This document shows positions 45,224 to 54,846 of a stretch of 64,000 bases of DNA, piece by piece. The position numbers were made by a program, and so were the translations under genes. This DNA is from Clostridia bacterium (GTDB lineage: Bacteria > Bacillota > Clostridia > Christensenellales > Pumilibacteraceae): assembly GCA_017501145.1 (NCBI GenBank), contig JAFVXL010000059.1, positions 382-64,381 on the forward strand, in the 5' to 3' direction. Under the pieces are notes generated by a model. It was not told the origin of the DNA. It made no database searches and was given only the letters and a program-made list of their open reading frames with translations. How positions within the stretch are numbered: position 1 is the first letter of the stretch; each line of letters begins with the position of its first letter.

Positions 45224-46528
45224 ATGGCAAAATATGTGACTACCACTGAGGCGCTTGAGCTTGTAAAATCGGGCGACTATATCGTAACCGGCTTAGGCGC
45301 GGCAGAAGGTAAAGAGTTTTGTACTAACCTTCATACTATAGCAGACAGAGTTAAGAACGTAACCTTGTCAAACTGCTTACCTATGGGCGCATACGAGTTT
45401 TTCTGCAATCCCGCGTATAAGCAAAGCTTTACTTGCGAAAGCTGGTTTTATACTCCGTCGCTTCGTAAGGCTCAGCCTAACGGCAACGTAGCGTTTATTC
45501 CCAACCACCTTCACCTCGCCGCAATTAAGAGAAATTATTATCGTGAGCCTGACATTTACGTAGGTATTTGCTCGCTCCCCGACAAGCACGGATACGTTTC
45601 GCTCTCGCTTTCTAACACTTACGAAAAGCGTATGATTGACAAGGCGAAAATCGTAATTTTGGAGGCTAACCCCAACGCTCCGCGTACCTTTGGTGACGTT
45701 CAGTTGCACGTGGACGAAATTGATTATCTCGTTAACGTAGATTATCCTATGCCTGAGCTTGCTGACGCTGAGCCCAACGAAAAGGATAGAGCAATAGGTA
45801 AGATTATTGCCGATATGATAAACGACGGCGATTGCTTGCAGCTTGGTATTGGCGGTATTCCTAACGCAGTAGCAGAGAGCCTTATGGGCAAAAAGGACCT
45901 TGGTATTCATACCGAGATGCTTACTTCGGGTATGGTTAAGCTCGCAAAAGCCGGTGTTGTTACCGGCGCAAAAAAACAAACGCACAAGGGCAAGATGGTA
46001 GCCGCGTTTGCTATGGGTACTAAGGAGCTTTATGACTTTATTGACGATAACCCCTCTGTTGCAATTATGGACGGTGGCTACGTAAACGATCCGTACACTA
46101 TTGCGCAAAACGACAATCAAGTATCTATCAATACCACTATCGAAATGGATATAACCGGTCAATGCTGCAGCGAGAGCATAGGCTCTAAGCAATTCTCGGG
46201 TACGGGCGGACAGTCGGATACGGCAGTTGGCGCGCAAAAGTCCAAGGGTGGTCGCTCCATTATCGCAATGTATTCTACCGCTATGGTAAAAAACCCCGCT
46301 ACTGGCGAAAAGGAAGAAACGAGCAAAATCGTTTGTCAGCTCAAAACCGGCGCAGCCGTATCGCTTTCACGTAACGACGTTGATTGGGTTGTTACCGAAT
46401 ACGGCGCGGTTAATTTGAGAGGAACGGGACTTACCGAAAGAGCAAATAGAATAATCTCTATCGCTCATCCTAAGTTTAGAGATCAGCTTCGCAAAGAGGC
46501 AATCGCGCTCGGCATTATCGGAGAATAA
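45224..46528 (+). CDS. Acetyl-CoA hydrolase/transferase-family CoA-transferase (4-hydroxybutyrate / butyryl-CoA:acetate type)
   Basis: 434 aa. LQLGIGGIPNAV, GIHTEM (catalytic Glu context), SGTGGQSD, VVTEYG..NLRG, ISIAHPKFRD.L. Confidence 0.85.
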   Translation: MAKYVTTTEALELVKSGDYIVTGLGAAEGKEFCTNLHTIADRVKNVTLSNCLPMGAYEFFCNPAYKQSFTCESWFYTPSLRKAQPNGNVAFIPNHLHLAAIKRNYYREPDIYVGICSLPDKHGYVSLSLSNTYEKRMIDKAKIVILEANPNAPRTFGDVQLHVDEIDYLVNVDYPMPELADAEPNEKDRAIGKIIADMINDGDCLQLGIGGIPNAVAESLMGKKDLGIHTEMLTSGMVKLAKAGVVTGAKKQTHKGKMVAAFAMGTKELYDFIDDNPSVAIMDGGYVNDPYTIAQNDNQVSINTTIEMDITGQCCSESIGSKQFSGTGGQSDTAVGAQKSKGGRSIIAMYSTAMVKNPATGEKEETSKIVCQLKTGAAVSLSRNDVDWVVTEYGAVNLRGTGLTERANRIISIAHPKFRDQLRKEAIALGIIGE

Positions 46529-46531
46529 TGT

Positions 46532-47353
46532 ATGTCGTTTTTTAAGTTTGAAAACAAAGACGTATATTACGAGGTTCACGGCTCTAAGGGCGAGCCTATC
46601 GTCGTGCTTAATGGCATAATGATGTCTACGGCAAGCTGGAAGTCGTTTGTGCCTGAGTTTTCCAAAAACAATACGCTTATATTGGTGGATTTTTTGGATC
46701 AGGGTCAAAGCTCTAGGATGGAGCGCGACTACACGCACGAGCTTCAGGTGCGCCTTGTGGACGAGCTTTTGAACGTGCTTAAGCTAAGTAAGGTTACCGT
46801 TATGGGTATATCGTACGGTGGCGAAATAGCAATTCAGTACGCTTTGTATAATCCCGATAGAGTACGTAGACTTATTCTTGCTAATACGGCAGGAAGAACG
46901 TCTAAGTGGCTCAAAAAAATTGGCGATGGCTGGAACGAGGCGGCTAAGTCGGGTAACGGCTATGCTTATTACCTTACCACTATCCCCGTGATTTATTCGA
47001 CGAAGTTCTTCGAAGAAAGAGCAGAGTGGATGGATAGACGCGAATTGTATCTTACCGAATATTTCTCACGCAAGGATGTGCAAGAGAGCCTTATTAGGCT
47101 TACGGACAGCTCCGTAGGCTACGACGTCGTAGATAGGCTAGGCGAAATAAGCTGTCCTACGCTTGTAATTTCGGGCTCTGAGGACGCATTGCTTCCTATG
47201 ACCGAGCAAAAGCTGTTGCACGAAAAAATTAAGGGTAGCGTTTACGCAACGATTAACGGTAGCGGTCACGCAAGTATGTACGAAAACCCCTCGCTTTTTT
47301 CGACGCTCGTTCTCGGATTTGCAAATTTGGGTGACGGTGGCATAAAAATTTAA
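46532..47353 (+). CDS. Alpha/beta-fold hydrolase
   Basis: 273 aa. Nucleophile elbow GISYGG and C-terminal GSGHASMYENP. Confidence 0.75.
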   Translation: MSFFKFENKDVYYEVHGSKGEPIVVLNGIMMSTASWKSFVPEFSKNNTLILVDFLDQGQSSRMERDYTHELQVRLVDELLNVLKLSKVTVMGISYGGEIAIQYALYNPDRVRRLILANTAGRTSKWLKKIGDGWNEAAKSGNGYAYYLTTIPVIYSTKFFEERAEWMDRRELYLTEYFSRKDVQESLIRLTDSSVGYDVVDRLGEISCPTLVISGSEDALLPMTEQKLLHEKIKGSVYATINGSGHASMYENPSLFSTLVLGFANLGDGGIKI

Positions 47354-47363
47354 GGAGAAAATT

Positions 47364-48239
47364 ATGGAGAAAAAGAAGATTTCTATCGGAACGGAAGAAA
47401 TTGCTTATCTTGATATAGGCAGCGGCGAGCCGGTGCTTATGATTCACGGCAATATGTCGTCGGGTGTGCACTACGAGCCGCTCATAAGCCGTATAAGCGA
47501 CAAATATAGATGTATCTCGCCTGATATCCGCGGCTTTGGCGATAGCAGCTACAACAGCCGTTTCTCGTCGTTAGAGGAGCTTGCTGACGATTTGGCTCTC
47601 TTTTTGGATGCGATAGGCGTAGATAGCTGCTTTGTAATAGGTTGGTCAACGGGTGGCGGAATAGGTCTTAAGCTTGCAGCTAAATATCCTAATAAGGTAA
47701 AAAAGTTTTTTTCTATTGAGGGTGCAGGGCATAGAGGGTATCCTATTTATGTTAAGGAGAACTTTAAGTCTACCGGCAAGCCGTACGCATCAAAAGAGGA
47801 AATGGCAAGTGATCCCATGCAGGTAGCTCCTATGATAAGCGTTTTTGAAAAAAAGGATGCGGCTATGATGACTTCTATTTGGGACGCTACCATTTATACC
47901 GTTTCTAAGCCTACTCAACAGCAAAACGAGCTTTGGATAAGCGAAACTCTCAAGCAACGTAATCTTGTAGATTTGGACTGGTCGCTTGCTACGCTCAATA
48001 TGTCAGACGAGCTTACGGTATACGGAAAGGGTGATGGAAGTATTAAGGACGTTAAGTGTCCTACGGCATTTACTACCGGAGAAAAGGACGTAGTCGTTCC
48101 GGGATATATGGTGCTTGATAATTACAATGCGCTTAAAGATAATGCTACGCTGTTGCCTTACGAAAATTGTGGACACTCGCCTATGGTGGACTGTCCAGAT
48201 AGACTCGCAAATGACGTAGTGGAGTTTTTTAGCAAATAA
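47364..48239 (+). CDS. Alpha/beta-fold hydrolase
   Basis: 291 aa. HGNMSS, nucleophile elbow GWSTGG, C-terminal CGHSPMVDCP. Confidence 0.75.
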   Translation: MEKKKISIGTEEIAYLDIGSGEPVLMIHGNMSSGVHYEPLISRISDKYRCISPDIRGFGDSSYNSRFSSLEELADDLALFLDAIGVDSCFVIGWSTGGGIGLKLAAKYPNKVKKFFSIEGAGHRGYPIYVKENFKSTGKPYASKEEMASDPMQVAPMISVFEKKDAAMMTSIWDATIYTVSKPTQQQNELWISETLKQRNLVDLDWSLATLNMSDELTVYGKGDGSIKDVKCPTAFTTGEKDVVVPGYMVLDNYNALKDNATLLPYENCGHSPMVDCPDRLANDVVEFFSK

Positions 48240-48253
48240 GAATTTTTGTAAAT

Positions 48254-48308
48254 AAAAAAAACCTACCTTTAGCTATTCCCTTGGGAGTGGCTAAAGGTAG
48301 GTTTTTTT
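48254..48308. terminator. Strong bidirectional rho-independent terminator
   Basis: 13-bp stem ACCTACCTTTAGC / GCTAAAGGTAGGT with an A-run upstream and a T-run downstream. Confidence 0.85.
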
Positions 48309-48326
48309 ATTGTCAATTTTTGTTAG

Positions 48327-48761
48327 TTACAAAAAGGTTTTTAGTGAATCTACAAATTCTTCCTCGTGGCTGATAATTCTATCAACTATTGCGACAAGCT
48401 CAGGGCTATCTACAGGATATTCGTTGCGTGCCTTGATTGCGTCTGTTATGCCCATAGTCGTGCCTCGAACAAGCATTTCGGAGAGCTTTGCTGAGTCGTT
48501 ATCTTTTAGCGTCTTGAGCTTTATGCTTACGAACGACATGGTTTGCGCTACAAGGTTTATGTCGTTGAGCTTGATTTCTCGAGAGCGAGCAAGATTTTCT
48601 ATATCCGTAGTTGCGTCAAGATAAAATTTGTTTTGCTTGCGTACAAGCTCTGCAAGCGCAGGATTGTGTATTCGTTCCATAATGCAATCTATCGCGTAGC
48701 TTGCCATACGGACATTTTCGTACGATTTGTTAATAAGCTTTGTAAAGTTTGATTGTTGCAT
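48327..48761 (-). CDS. Hypothetical helical protein
   Basis: 144-aa ORF with AAGGAGAA ribosome-binding site. Predicted all-helical. No family recognised. Confidence 0.4.
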   Translation of the reverse strand: MQQSNFTKLINKSYENVRMASYAIDCIMERIHNPALAELVRKQNKFYLDATTDIENLARSREIKLNDINLVAQTMSFVSIKLKTLKDNDSAKLSEMLVRGTTMGITDAIKARNEYPVDSPELVAIVDRIISHEEEFVDSLKTFL

Positions 48762-48868
48762 AATTTTCTCCTTATACCTTGAGTTTGCTCAGGTTAGTGG
48801 GAAAATATGCGCATATGAGTGGCGTGTGGGTTAAGAAAATGCGTTGATGCTCCTTTTGACTAAGCAAG

Positions 48869-49894
48869 CTACACCAAAAGTCCCCACATAGCAAGAATAG
48901 CAGTAATAGTAAGCGGTATAATAACAACGCTAAAAAGCGTTCCGTTAAGGAAGGCGGCAGTAGCTTGGTTTGTGTCTGCGTTGTAACGCTCAGAAAGCGC
49001 TACTATGGACGCAGCAGGGGACATTGCCATAGCAATAACGGGTGCAAGCAGCACGTACTCGCCACCCATCTCAATTATTTTGCTACCCATGCATACGAAA
49101 ACAAGCGCAGCTATGCCAAACGTAATCATAGGAGCAACGATTAATCTAAGTATAGACGCGACGTATATTTCGCCCGAGCAAAAAAGCATTTTTGGCTTAA
49201 TTGTCGCAAGGCGTATACCTACGATTATCATAGATAAGGGCGCGTTCATATACGAAAGGTACTGCGGAAGGATTTGCAAGTCCTTTACGCCGTCCATCAT
49301 GAACACGTTGATTTGCGGCACGAAGAAAAGCACGAGAGCTATAGCGGAGCAAATTATAGACGGGTTGTAAATTATCTTCTTTATTCTTATTTCACGAACG
49401 TCACCCGTAATAAGAACTACGCCAAGTGTCCAAAGAAGAATAACGAAGATAATGTTAAATACCGCTATGTACATAATTGCAAGCGGGTCGCCCGCTGTAA
49501 ACATTTTAACGAACGGAATACCCAAAAAGCCGCAGTTGGAGAATACGGCGACAAACGAATAAATATTTTTATTTGGGTTTTTGCTTTTGATAAAGATAAG
49601 CTTGCCGATTGCAAAAACAGCAAGCATAGCTAGAAGGGATATTATGGATACGATGCCGAAGTTTATAAGTAGCGTTGCTCTGCCTACACTTATAATTCGT
49701 TGCCAATCGCCCACCGAAAATACGCAAAAAGCGTCGATAACAAGCGCCGGCTGGCAAACGTACAGCAAAATATTGCTTAGGCTCGAGGACGCCTTTTCGT
49801 CAAGAAAGTTGAATTTCTTAAGCAAAAAGCCGGGGATAATAAAAGCCAAAAGCACGGTCATTATTAGCAAAACTTTAAGAAAAACCTCTAACAT
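48869..49894 (-). CDS. AEC (auxin efflux carrier)-family permease
   Basis: Started at the ATG at 49894 (AAGGAAA ribosome-binding site). About 10 hydrophobic segments and a typical AEC N-terminus (LKVLLIMTVLLAFIIPGFLLKK). Confidence 0.7.
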   Translation of the reverse strand: MLEVFLKVLLIMTVLLAFIIPGFLLKKFNFLDEKASSSLSNILLYVCQPALVIDAFCVFSVGDWQRIISVGRATLLINFGIVSIISLLAMLAVFAIGKLIFIKSKNPNKNIYSFVAVFSNCGFLGIPFVKMFTAGDPLAIMYIAVFNIIFVILLWTLGVVLITGDVREIRIKKIIYNPSIICSAIALVLFFVPQINVFMMDGVKDLQILPQYLSYMNAPLSMIIVGIRLATIKPKMLFCSGEIYVASILRLIVAPMITFGIAALVFVCMGSKIIEMGGEYVLLAPVIAMAMSPAASIVALSERYNADTNQATAAFLNGTLFSVVIIPLTITAILAMWGLLV

Positions 49895-50081
49895 TTGTTT
49901 CCTTATATAGCAACTAAATTGCGTTGATTTTTTATTTTGTATATTATACCAAACTAAAGAGGCAAGCACAACCTTTTTTTGAGAATATACTTAAATTTTG
50001 TAAGATAATTTTTTGGCGCGCCAAAATGCGATACAAAATTCAATTTTGACTAAGATAGCTTGGGATAATATATGGCTTTAA

Positions 50082-50110
50082 TTGACAAAAGATTTTCTTA
50101 ATGTTAAAAT
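50082..50110 (+). promoter_or_regulatory. Promoter of the fused ABC transporter gene
   Basis: TTGACA, 17-nt spacer, TG-extended TAAAAT. The TTGACA coincides with the ORF-track TTG start. Confidence 0.6.
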
Positions 50111-50141
50111 GGTCATAACGTTGCAAAAAAAGGACACCCGT

Positions 50142-52730
50142 ATGATAAAAATTGATATGCTCAATAAAATATACGTTTCGAAAAAACGCAATAAATGTCA
50201 CGCATTACGTGACGTAAATTTGACGTTGCCGAGTCAAGGGCTTGTTTTTGTTCTTGGCAAAAGCGGAAGCGGAAAGTCTACGTTGCTTAACCTTATAGGC
50301 GGCTTGGACAATATAACCTCGGGCAAGATAGAGGTAGACGGCAACGATTTGTCAAAATTCAACGAGAAGGATTTTTGTAATTATCGAAACACTCATATAG
50401 GCTTTATATTCCAAGATTATCATCTTATCGACGAGCTTACGGTGTATGAAAACATTATGCTTTCGCTCGACTTGCGAAGGATAGAGGACGGCGACAAGAT
50501 AAAAAAAGCGCTCGAAAAGGTGGATTTGGCAGGCTATGAAAATAGATATCCTACCGAGCTTAGCGGCGGAGAGCAGCAAAGAGTCGCAATAGCTAGAGCA
50601 ATAGTCAAAAATCCGCGCATAATTTTGGCGGACGAGCCTACTGGTAATTTGGATACAAATACGGCTAACGCAATTATAGGGCTATTAAAGTCGCTTTCTT
50701 CTCAATGCCTTATTCTTGTCGTATCGCACAATCTCAACGACGCATACGGCTATGCGGACCGCATCGTTGAGCTAAAAAAAGGCAAGATAATAGATGACTG
50801 GTCAAAAAACCCTGATTTTTGCGACGAGGTTGTGTACAAGGACGGACAGTTAGAGTATCCGTACGATAAGACGCTAAGCGACAAGGACATACAACTAATT
50901 AACTCAAAAAAAGACGCCAAAATAGTTAAACGAACTGACAAATTTGTAGCAACTCCAAATATCGTTGATGACAAAAGAAAGGTGGAGATAGAAAGAAAGA
51001 ATCTTTCTTTTGGAAAAGAGCTTAATATTAGCGCAAAATTTCTAAAAAACAAAACGTTTGCTATCGTATTTTCGTCGTTTATAATATCGGTAATTATGAT
51101 AATAATGGCGCTTGCGCAAACCATTATATCGTTTAACGCAGGCGAGATCGTTGTGCAAGAAATGCAAAAAAGCGATCAAACGAGCTTTTTGATAAACAAA
51201 AAAGTCGATCCAAAAATTCAAGCGGGATTTGATTACACCTATCACGTTGAGATAGATGACAATGACATACAAGCTTTTTATGATTCGGGATATACGGGCA
51301 AAATATACCCTGTAATCAACGTGACGATTCCCGTTAACACGGTAAGAAATATTCTTGGTATTTCGTCTATGAATTTTGGCAAAGATTTGTTAATGAAAGA
51401 AGCTTTTGGAACGCTCATTGTAGATGAGGATTTTTTAGAAAGCAGATTTGGCGAAATTGACTACTTAGCTGAGCTTGAGGATATTAAAAGCGGTATGATT
51501 ATTACCGACTTTTTGGCGGACAGTATTCTTGCAAACAATAGCAAATATTACGGCCGTAGCTATACCGACCTTTTGGGCAATTATACGCCGTCAGGCTGGA
51601 GTTCGGGGTATTTTAAGATAAGCGCCGTCATCAACACAAATTACAGGACTAAGCACAAAAATCTTTTTGAAAAGGTTTTGACCGGTGAGCTTGAAGAATC
51701 CGACTTTTATACTGACGAGGATTACATAAGCTTTTCTAACGATTTGTACCATAGTCTTGGCTATACGTATTCGTTAGACCGGGATTTTTATCAAAACGCA
51801 TATTTGACTCGCTGCGTTTATTCGAGCAGTAAGCTCGTAATAAACGACCAAATCGTATTTATCGACCACTCAAGTCCGTATTTTGGCGTATATGATGAGT
51901 CGAAGATAAATTTTGGACAAAAATCATGCACTATGAATTATAGTGATTATAACAAAATATTTGGAACAAATTTCAGCTATAATTCTACCTCCTTTGTGCC
52001 ACACAAGATAAAAATTACTTCGTATAGGTATTACGACGTCGACAACGAAAATCCTTTGTATACCATTGAGCTCAATATAGACGGTTTGCATGCGTCAAAT
52101 GATACGTTAATGCTAAAAAAGGGCGCTTACCCTGAGATAGAAGAAATAATAGGCAAAGGCGACACATACTATAACGGCTTGTATTTTGACGGCTTAGACA
52201 ACGTTTCGGGAGTGCTTTCGCTAGCTGATACGCTTAACTATGAATACCAAAGCTACGCAATAGAAGGCATACGAACTATGACTAAGGCGGTAGAGGTATT
52301 TATACCCATTTTTGAGATAATAGCCATATTCTTGTGCGTGGGAGTTGTGTTTGTGCTTATGAGCTTTGCGTCTAAGATGATAGGCGACAAGATGCACGAA
52401 ATAGGCATAATGAAGGCGCTTGGAGCAAAAAACAGTACGATAGGCGTGGTGTTTGGCTTGCAGATAGCGCTGATAGCTATTTTGACTTGTGTGCTTGCAA
52501 CCATAGGGTATTTTGTGCTTATTGACTTAGCAAACGTAGTGCTTGTAGAATCGCTCAAGCAGCTTGCGCCCAACAGAATAGTGTTGGATCTTAATTTCTT
52601 AAGCTTTAAGCCTAACATTGCGGCTATAAACTGTATTCTTACCATCACGCTTTCGATAATTTCGCTGGTTGCTCCTATGATAAAAATTAAGAACATTAAG
52701 CCTGTTAAGATAATTAAGGCAAAAGACTAA
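50142..52730 (+). CDS. Fused ABC ATPase + MacB/FtsX-type permease with large extracytoplasmic domain
   Basis: N-terminal ATPase ([34 protein letters not shown]). One helix near residue 320, about 480 extracytoplasmic residues, then a C-terminal FtsX-like 3-helix bundle ([10 protein letters not shown]). Confidence 0.8.
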   Translation: MIKIDMLNKIYVSKKRNKCHALRDVNLTLPSQGLVFVLGKSGSGKSTLLNLIGGLDNITSGKIEVDGNDLSKFNEKDFCNYRNTHIGFIFQDYHLIDELTVYENIMLSLDLRRIEDGDKIKKALEKVDLAGYENRYPTELSGGEQQRVAIARAIVKNPRIILADEPTGNLDTNTANAIIGLLKSLSSQCLILVVSHNLNDAYGYADRIVELKKGKIIDDWSKNPDFCDEVVYKDGQLEYPYDKTLSDKDIQLINSKKDAKIVKRTDKFVATPNIVDDKRKVEIERKNLSFGKELNISAKFLKNKTFAIVFSSFIISVIMIIMALAQTIISFNAGEIVVQEMQKSDQTSFLINKKVDPKIQAGFDYTYHVEIDDNDIQAFYDSGYTGKIYPVINVTIPVNTVRNILGISSMNFGKDLLMKEAFGTLIVDEDFLESRFGEIDYLAELEDIKSGMIITDFLADSILANNSKYYGRSYTDLLGNYTPSGWSSGYFKISAVINTNYRTKHKNLFEKVLTGELEESDFYTDEDYISFSNDLYHSLGYTYSLDRDFYQNAYLTRCVYSSSKLVINDQIVFIDHSSPYFGVYDESKINFGQKSCTMNYSDYNKIFGTNFSYNSTSFVPHKIKITSYRYYDVDNENPLYTIELNIDGLHASNDTLMLKKGAYPEIEEIIGKGDTYYNGLYFDGLDNVSGVLSLADTLNYEYQSYAIEGIRTMTKAVEVFIPIFEIIAIFLCVGVVFVLMSFASKMIGDKMHEIGIMKALGAKNSTIGVVFGLQIALIAILTCVLATIGYFVLIDLANVVLVESLKQLAPNRIVLDLNFLSFKPNIAAINCILTITLSIISLVAPMIKIKNIKPVKIIKAKD

Positions 52731-52752
52731 TAAAGCTTTGAGGAACAAAAAT

Positions 52753-53223
52753 ATGAGCATACAAAAGGTTAGACAGTATTTTGAACAGTTTAATATGCTT
52801 GAGCGTGTAATGGAGCTTGATAACTCTAGCGCAACGGTTGAGCTTGCAGCAGCTGCGCTTGGATGCGCTCCGCAAAGAATTGCTAAGACGCTTTCGTTTT
52901 TTGTAGGAGAGCAGCCTATTTTGATAGTAACTGCCGGTGACGTAAAGATTGACAATGCAAAGTATAAAGCGTTTTTTGGCACAAAAGCCAAGATGATAGA
53001 ATTTGAAATGGTTGAGCATACGATAGGGCATAGCGTAGGGGGCGTATGTCCGTTTGCTATCAATGTAGGCGTTAAGGTTTATCTTGACGAGTCACTTAAG
53101 CGTTTCCAAACGGTGTTCCCTGCCTGCGGTAGCGCTTCTAGCGCAATCGAGCTTACAATACCTGAGCTCGAAAAATATTCGGGATACGTTAGCTGGGTGG
53201 ACGTGTGTAAGCTAAAGGAATAG
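52753..53223 (+). CDS. YbaK/ProX-type aminoacyl-tRNA editing domain protein
   Basis: ATG at 52753 after GAGGA. IAKTLSF......ILIVTAGD.K.D..K and GHSVGGVCPF motifs. Confidence 0.75.
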   Translation: MSIQKVRQYFEQFNMLERVMELDNSSATVELAAAALGCAPQRIAKTLSFFVGEQPILIVTAGDVKIDNAKYKAFFGTKAKMIEFEMVEHTIGHSVGGVCPFAINVGVKVYLDESLKRFQTVFPACGSASSAIELTIPELEKYSGYVSWVDVCKLKE

Positions 53224-53370
53224 GCATTTAGGCAATAATAGACATTTTGGACAGTCGTAATGCGCATAGCGTTGCGGCTGTTTTTTTGCGCATTTATAAG
53301 CTTAAGATAAAGATTGCCGTAACAGGGCGCGCTTGATACGCATACATTAAGTGCATAAAGGAGAAACGAT

Positions 53371-54645
53371 ATGAATCCATTTTTAGAAAAAGGTAAACCG
53401 TTATTTAGTCAATTTCAAAATTGGCAGCAGCTTTATCCTAGGGCTTACGACAAGTGCGAGGTAGACCCGTACACAAAAACGCGCATTATACTGCTTAATG
53501 GCGCGGAATTTGAGGCTAATTGGTTTTCGCATCAGCTTGCTCGCCATGTATGCGATAACGATCTAAGGAGAGAGATTGCGCTTACTCGCGCAATAGAAAA
53601 GCAACAGCAGCAAAAAATTTCTTTGCTTAAGCCGTGCGACGAGAGCGCGCTCGAGCACACTATTTCGTACGAGCAGCTTGCCGTTGACCTTACGAGCGAG
53701 CTTGCTAAGCGTGAAAGCGATTGCTACGTCAAGAAGGCGTTAGATTTTGCCTTGCTCGAGGATTTTGACCACTTATATAGATACGCGGATTTGCTCGAAA
53801 TGGAGCAGGGGGCGCACGCTGAGCGGCTCGTAGGGCGATATACCGAAATTATGCCCGGAAGACCGACCATTTCGCATCATAGATTTCCCATAGACAACGT
53901 AAGGCGCTCAATTTGCTCTAAGACTGCCGACAAGCAAACGGTGCTTAATACGCTTATAATAACAGCCGCCGAGCAGCAAACAATGAACTATTATATGAAT
54001 ATCGCTAATTTGGCAGAGTCCAACCTTTCACGCAGGCTGTACGAGGAAATTGCCATGGTAGAGGAAGAGCACGTTACGCAGTACGAGTCGCTCTTAGATA
54101 GCAACTCTACTTGGCTCGAAATGCTGCTCTGGCACGAATATAACGAGTGCTATTTGTACTGGTCGTGTTACCTAACCGAAACGGACGAGCGCATCAAGCA
54201 TCTTTGGGAAGAAAATCTTTATATGGAAATAGCTCATTTGCACAAGGCTGCCGAGCTTTTGAATAGATATGAGGGCAAGGAGTGGCAACAAGTTATACCT
54301 GATGGCAAATTCCCCGAGCCTATATCCTTGCACGAAAATATCGGTTACGTGCGTGAGATACTGGGCAATACCGTTCAGTTTACGTCGGAAATGGAAGAAT
54401 ACGTTACCGTCAACGAGCTTAGCGACAACGCAAACTTCTTTATGTACCAAGACAACGTAAATCCCGACGTAAGCATCGTGCCGTCGCACAGCGTGATTTG
54501 TACGCATATCCGCAAGTATGGCAAGGATTATAGGTTTGAAATTGCTCCGTCGCCTATAAAAAATTTACGTAGTCGCACGTGTGATAATACGTCGGTAGGG
54601 CGTGAACCAAACGCGGCTCAAAGCGTGGGATTTAGCTGTGAATAA
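53371..54645 (+). CDS. Hypothetical protein, possibly ferritin-like (di-iron four-helix-bundle) fold
   Basis: 424 aa. AAGGAG ribosome-binding site. Several E..H / E...E elements in helical context (MVEEEHVTQYE, YMEIAHLHK, LEDFDHLYRY). No confident family. Confidence 0.35.
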   Translation: MNPFLEKGKPLFSQFQNWQQLYPRAYDKCEVDPYTKTRIILLNGAEFEANWFSHQLARHVCDNDLRREIALTRAIEKQQQQKISLLKPCDESALEHTISYEQLAVDLTSELAKRESDCYVKKALDFALLEDFDHLYRYADLLEMEQGAHAERLVGRYTEIMPGRPTISHHRFPIDNVRRSICSKTADKQTVLNTLIITAAEQQTMNYYMNIANLAESNLSRRLYEEIAMVEEEHVTQYESLLDSNSTWLEMLLWHEYNECYLYWSCYLTETDERIKHLWEENLYMEIAHLHKAAELLNRYEGKEWQQVIPDGKFPEPISLHENIGYVREILGNTVQFTSEMEEYVTVNELSDNANFFMYQDNVNPDVSIVPSHSVICTHIRKYGKDYRFEIAPSPIKNLRSRTCDNTSVGREPNAAQSVGFSCE

Positions 54646-54846
54646 AAAAGCGCCAAAATATTGACGCAATGTAATAGACAAACAACTGCCCGGCTGCAAT
54701 TAAATCGCAAGCTGGGTGTTTGTTTTGTGGCCCTGTTTAGGTGAGCGAGCGATATGTTCGCTATCTTTTTTTGTTAAAGACAAAAATTTTTATTGACAAA
54801 AGGATAAAATTATGTCAAACTGTAATTATAGCAAAGGGGAGATATT

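Noticed and set aside
43212-46237. 411-aa (43212-44447) and 286-aa (45377-46237) minus-strand ORFs opposite the binding-protein and CoA-transferase genes
   Set aside because: These are shadow ORFs. The plus-strand products carry clear family motifs, while the antisense products are Ser/Cys/Val-rich and featureless.
50082-50141. ORF-track TTG start of the fused ABC transporter
   Set aside because: The TTG is the first base triplet of a TTGACA -35 box with a TG-extended TAAAAT 17 nt downstream. The ATPase N-terminus aligns from the ATG at 50142.
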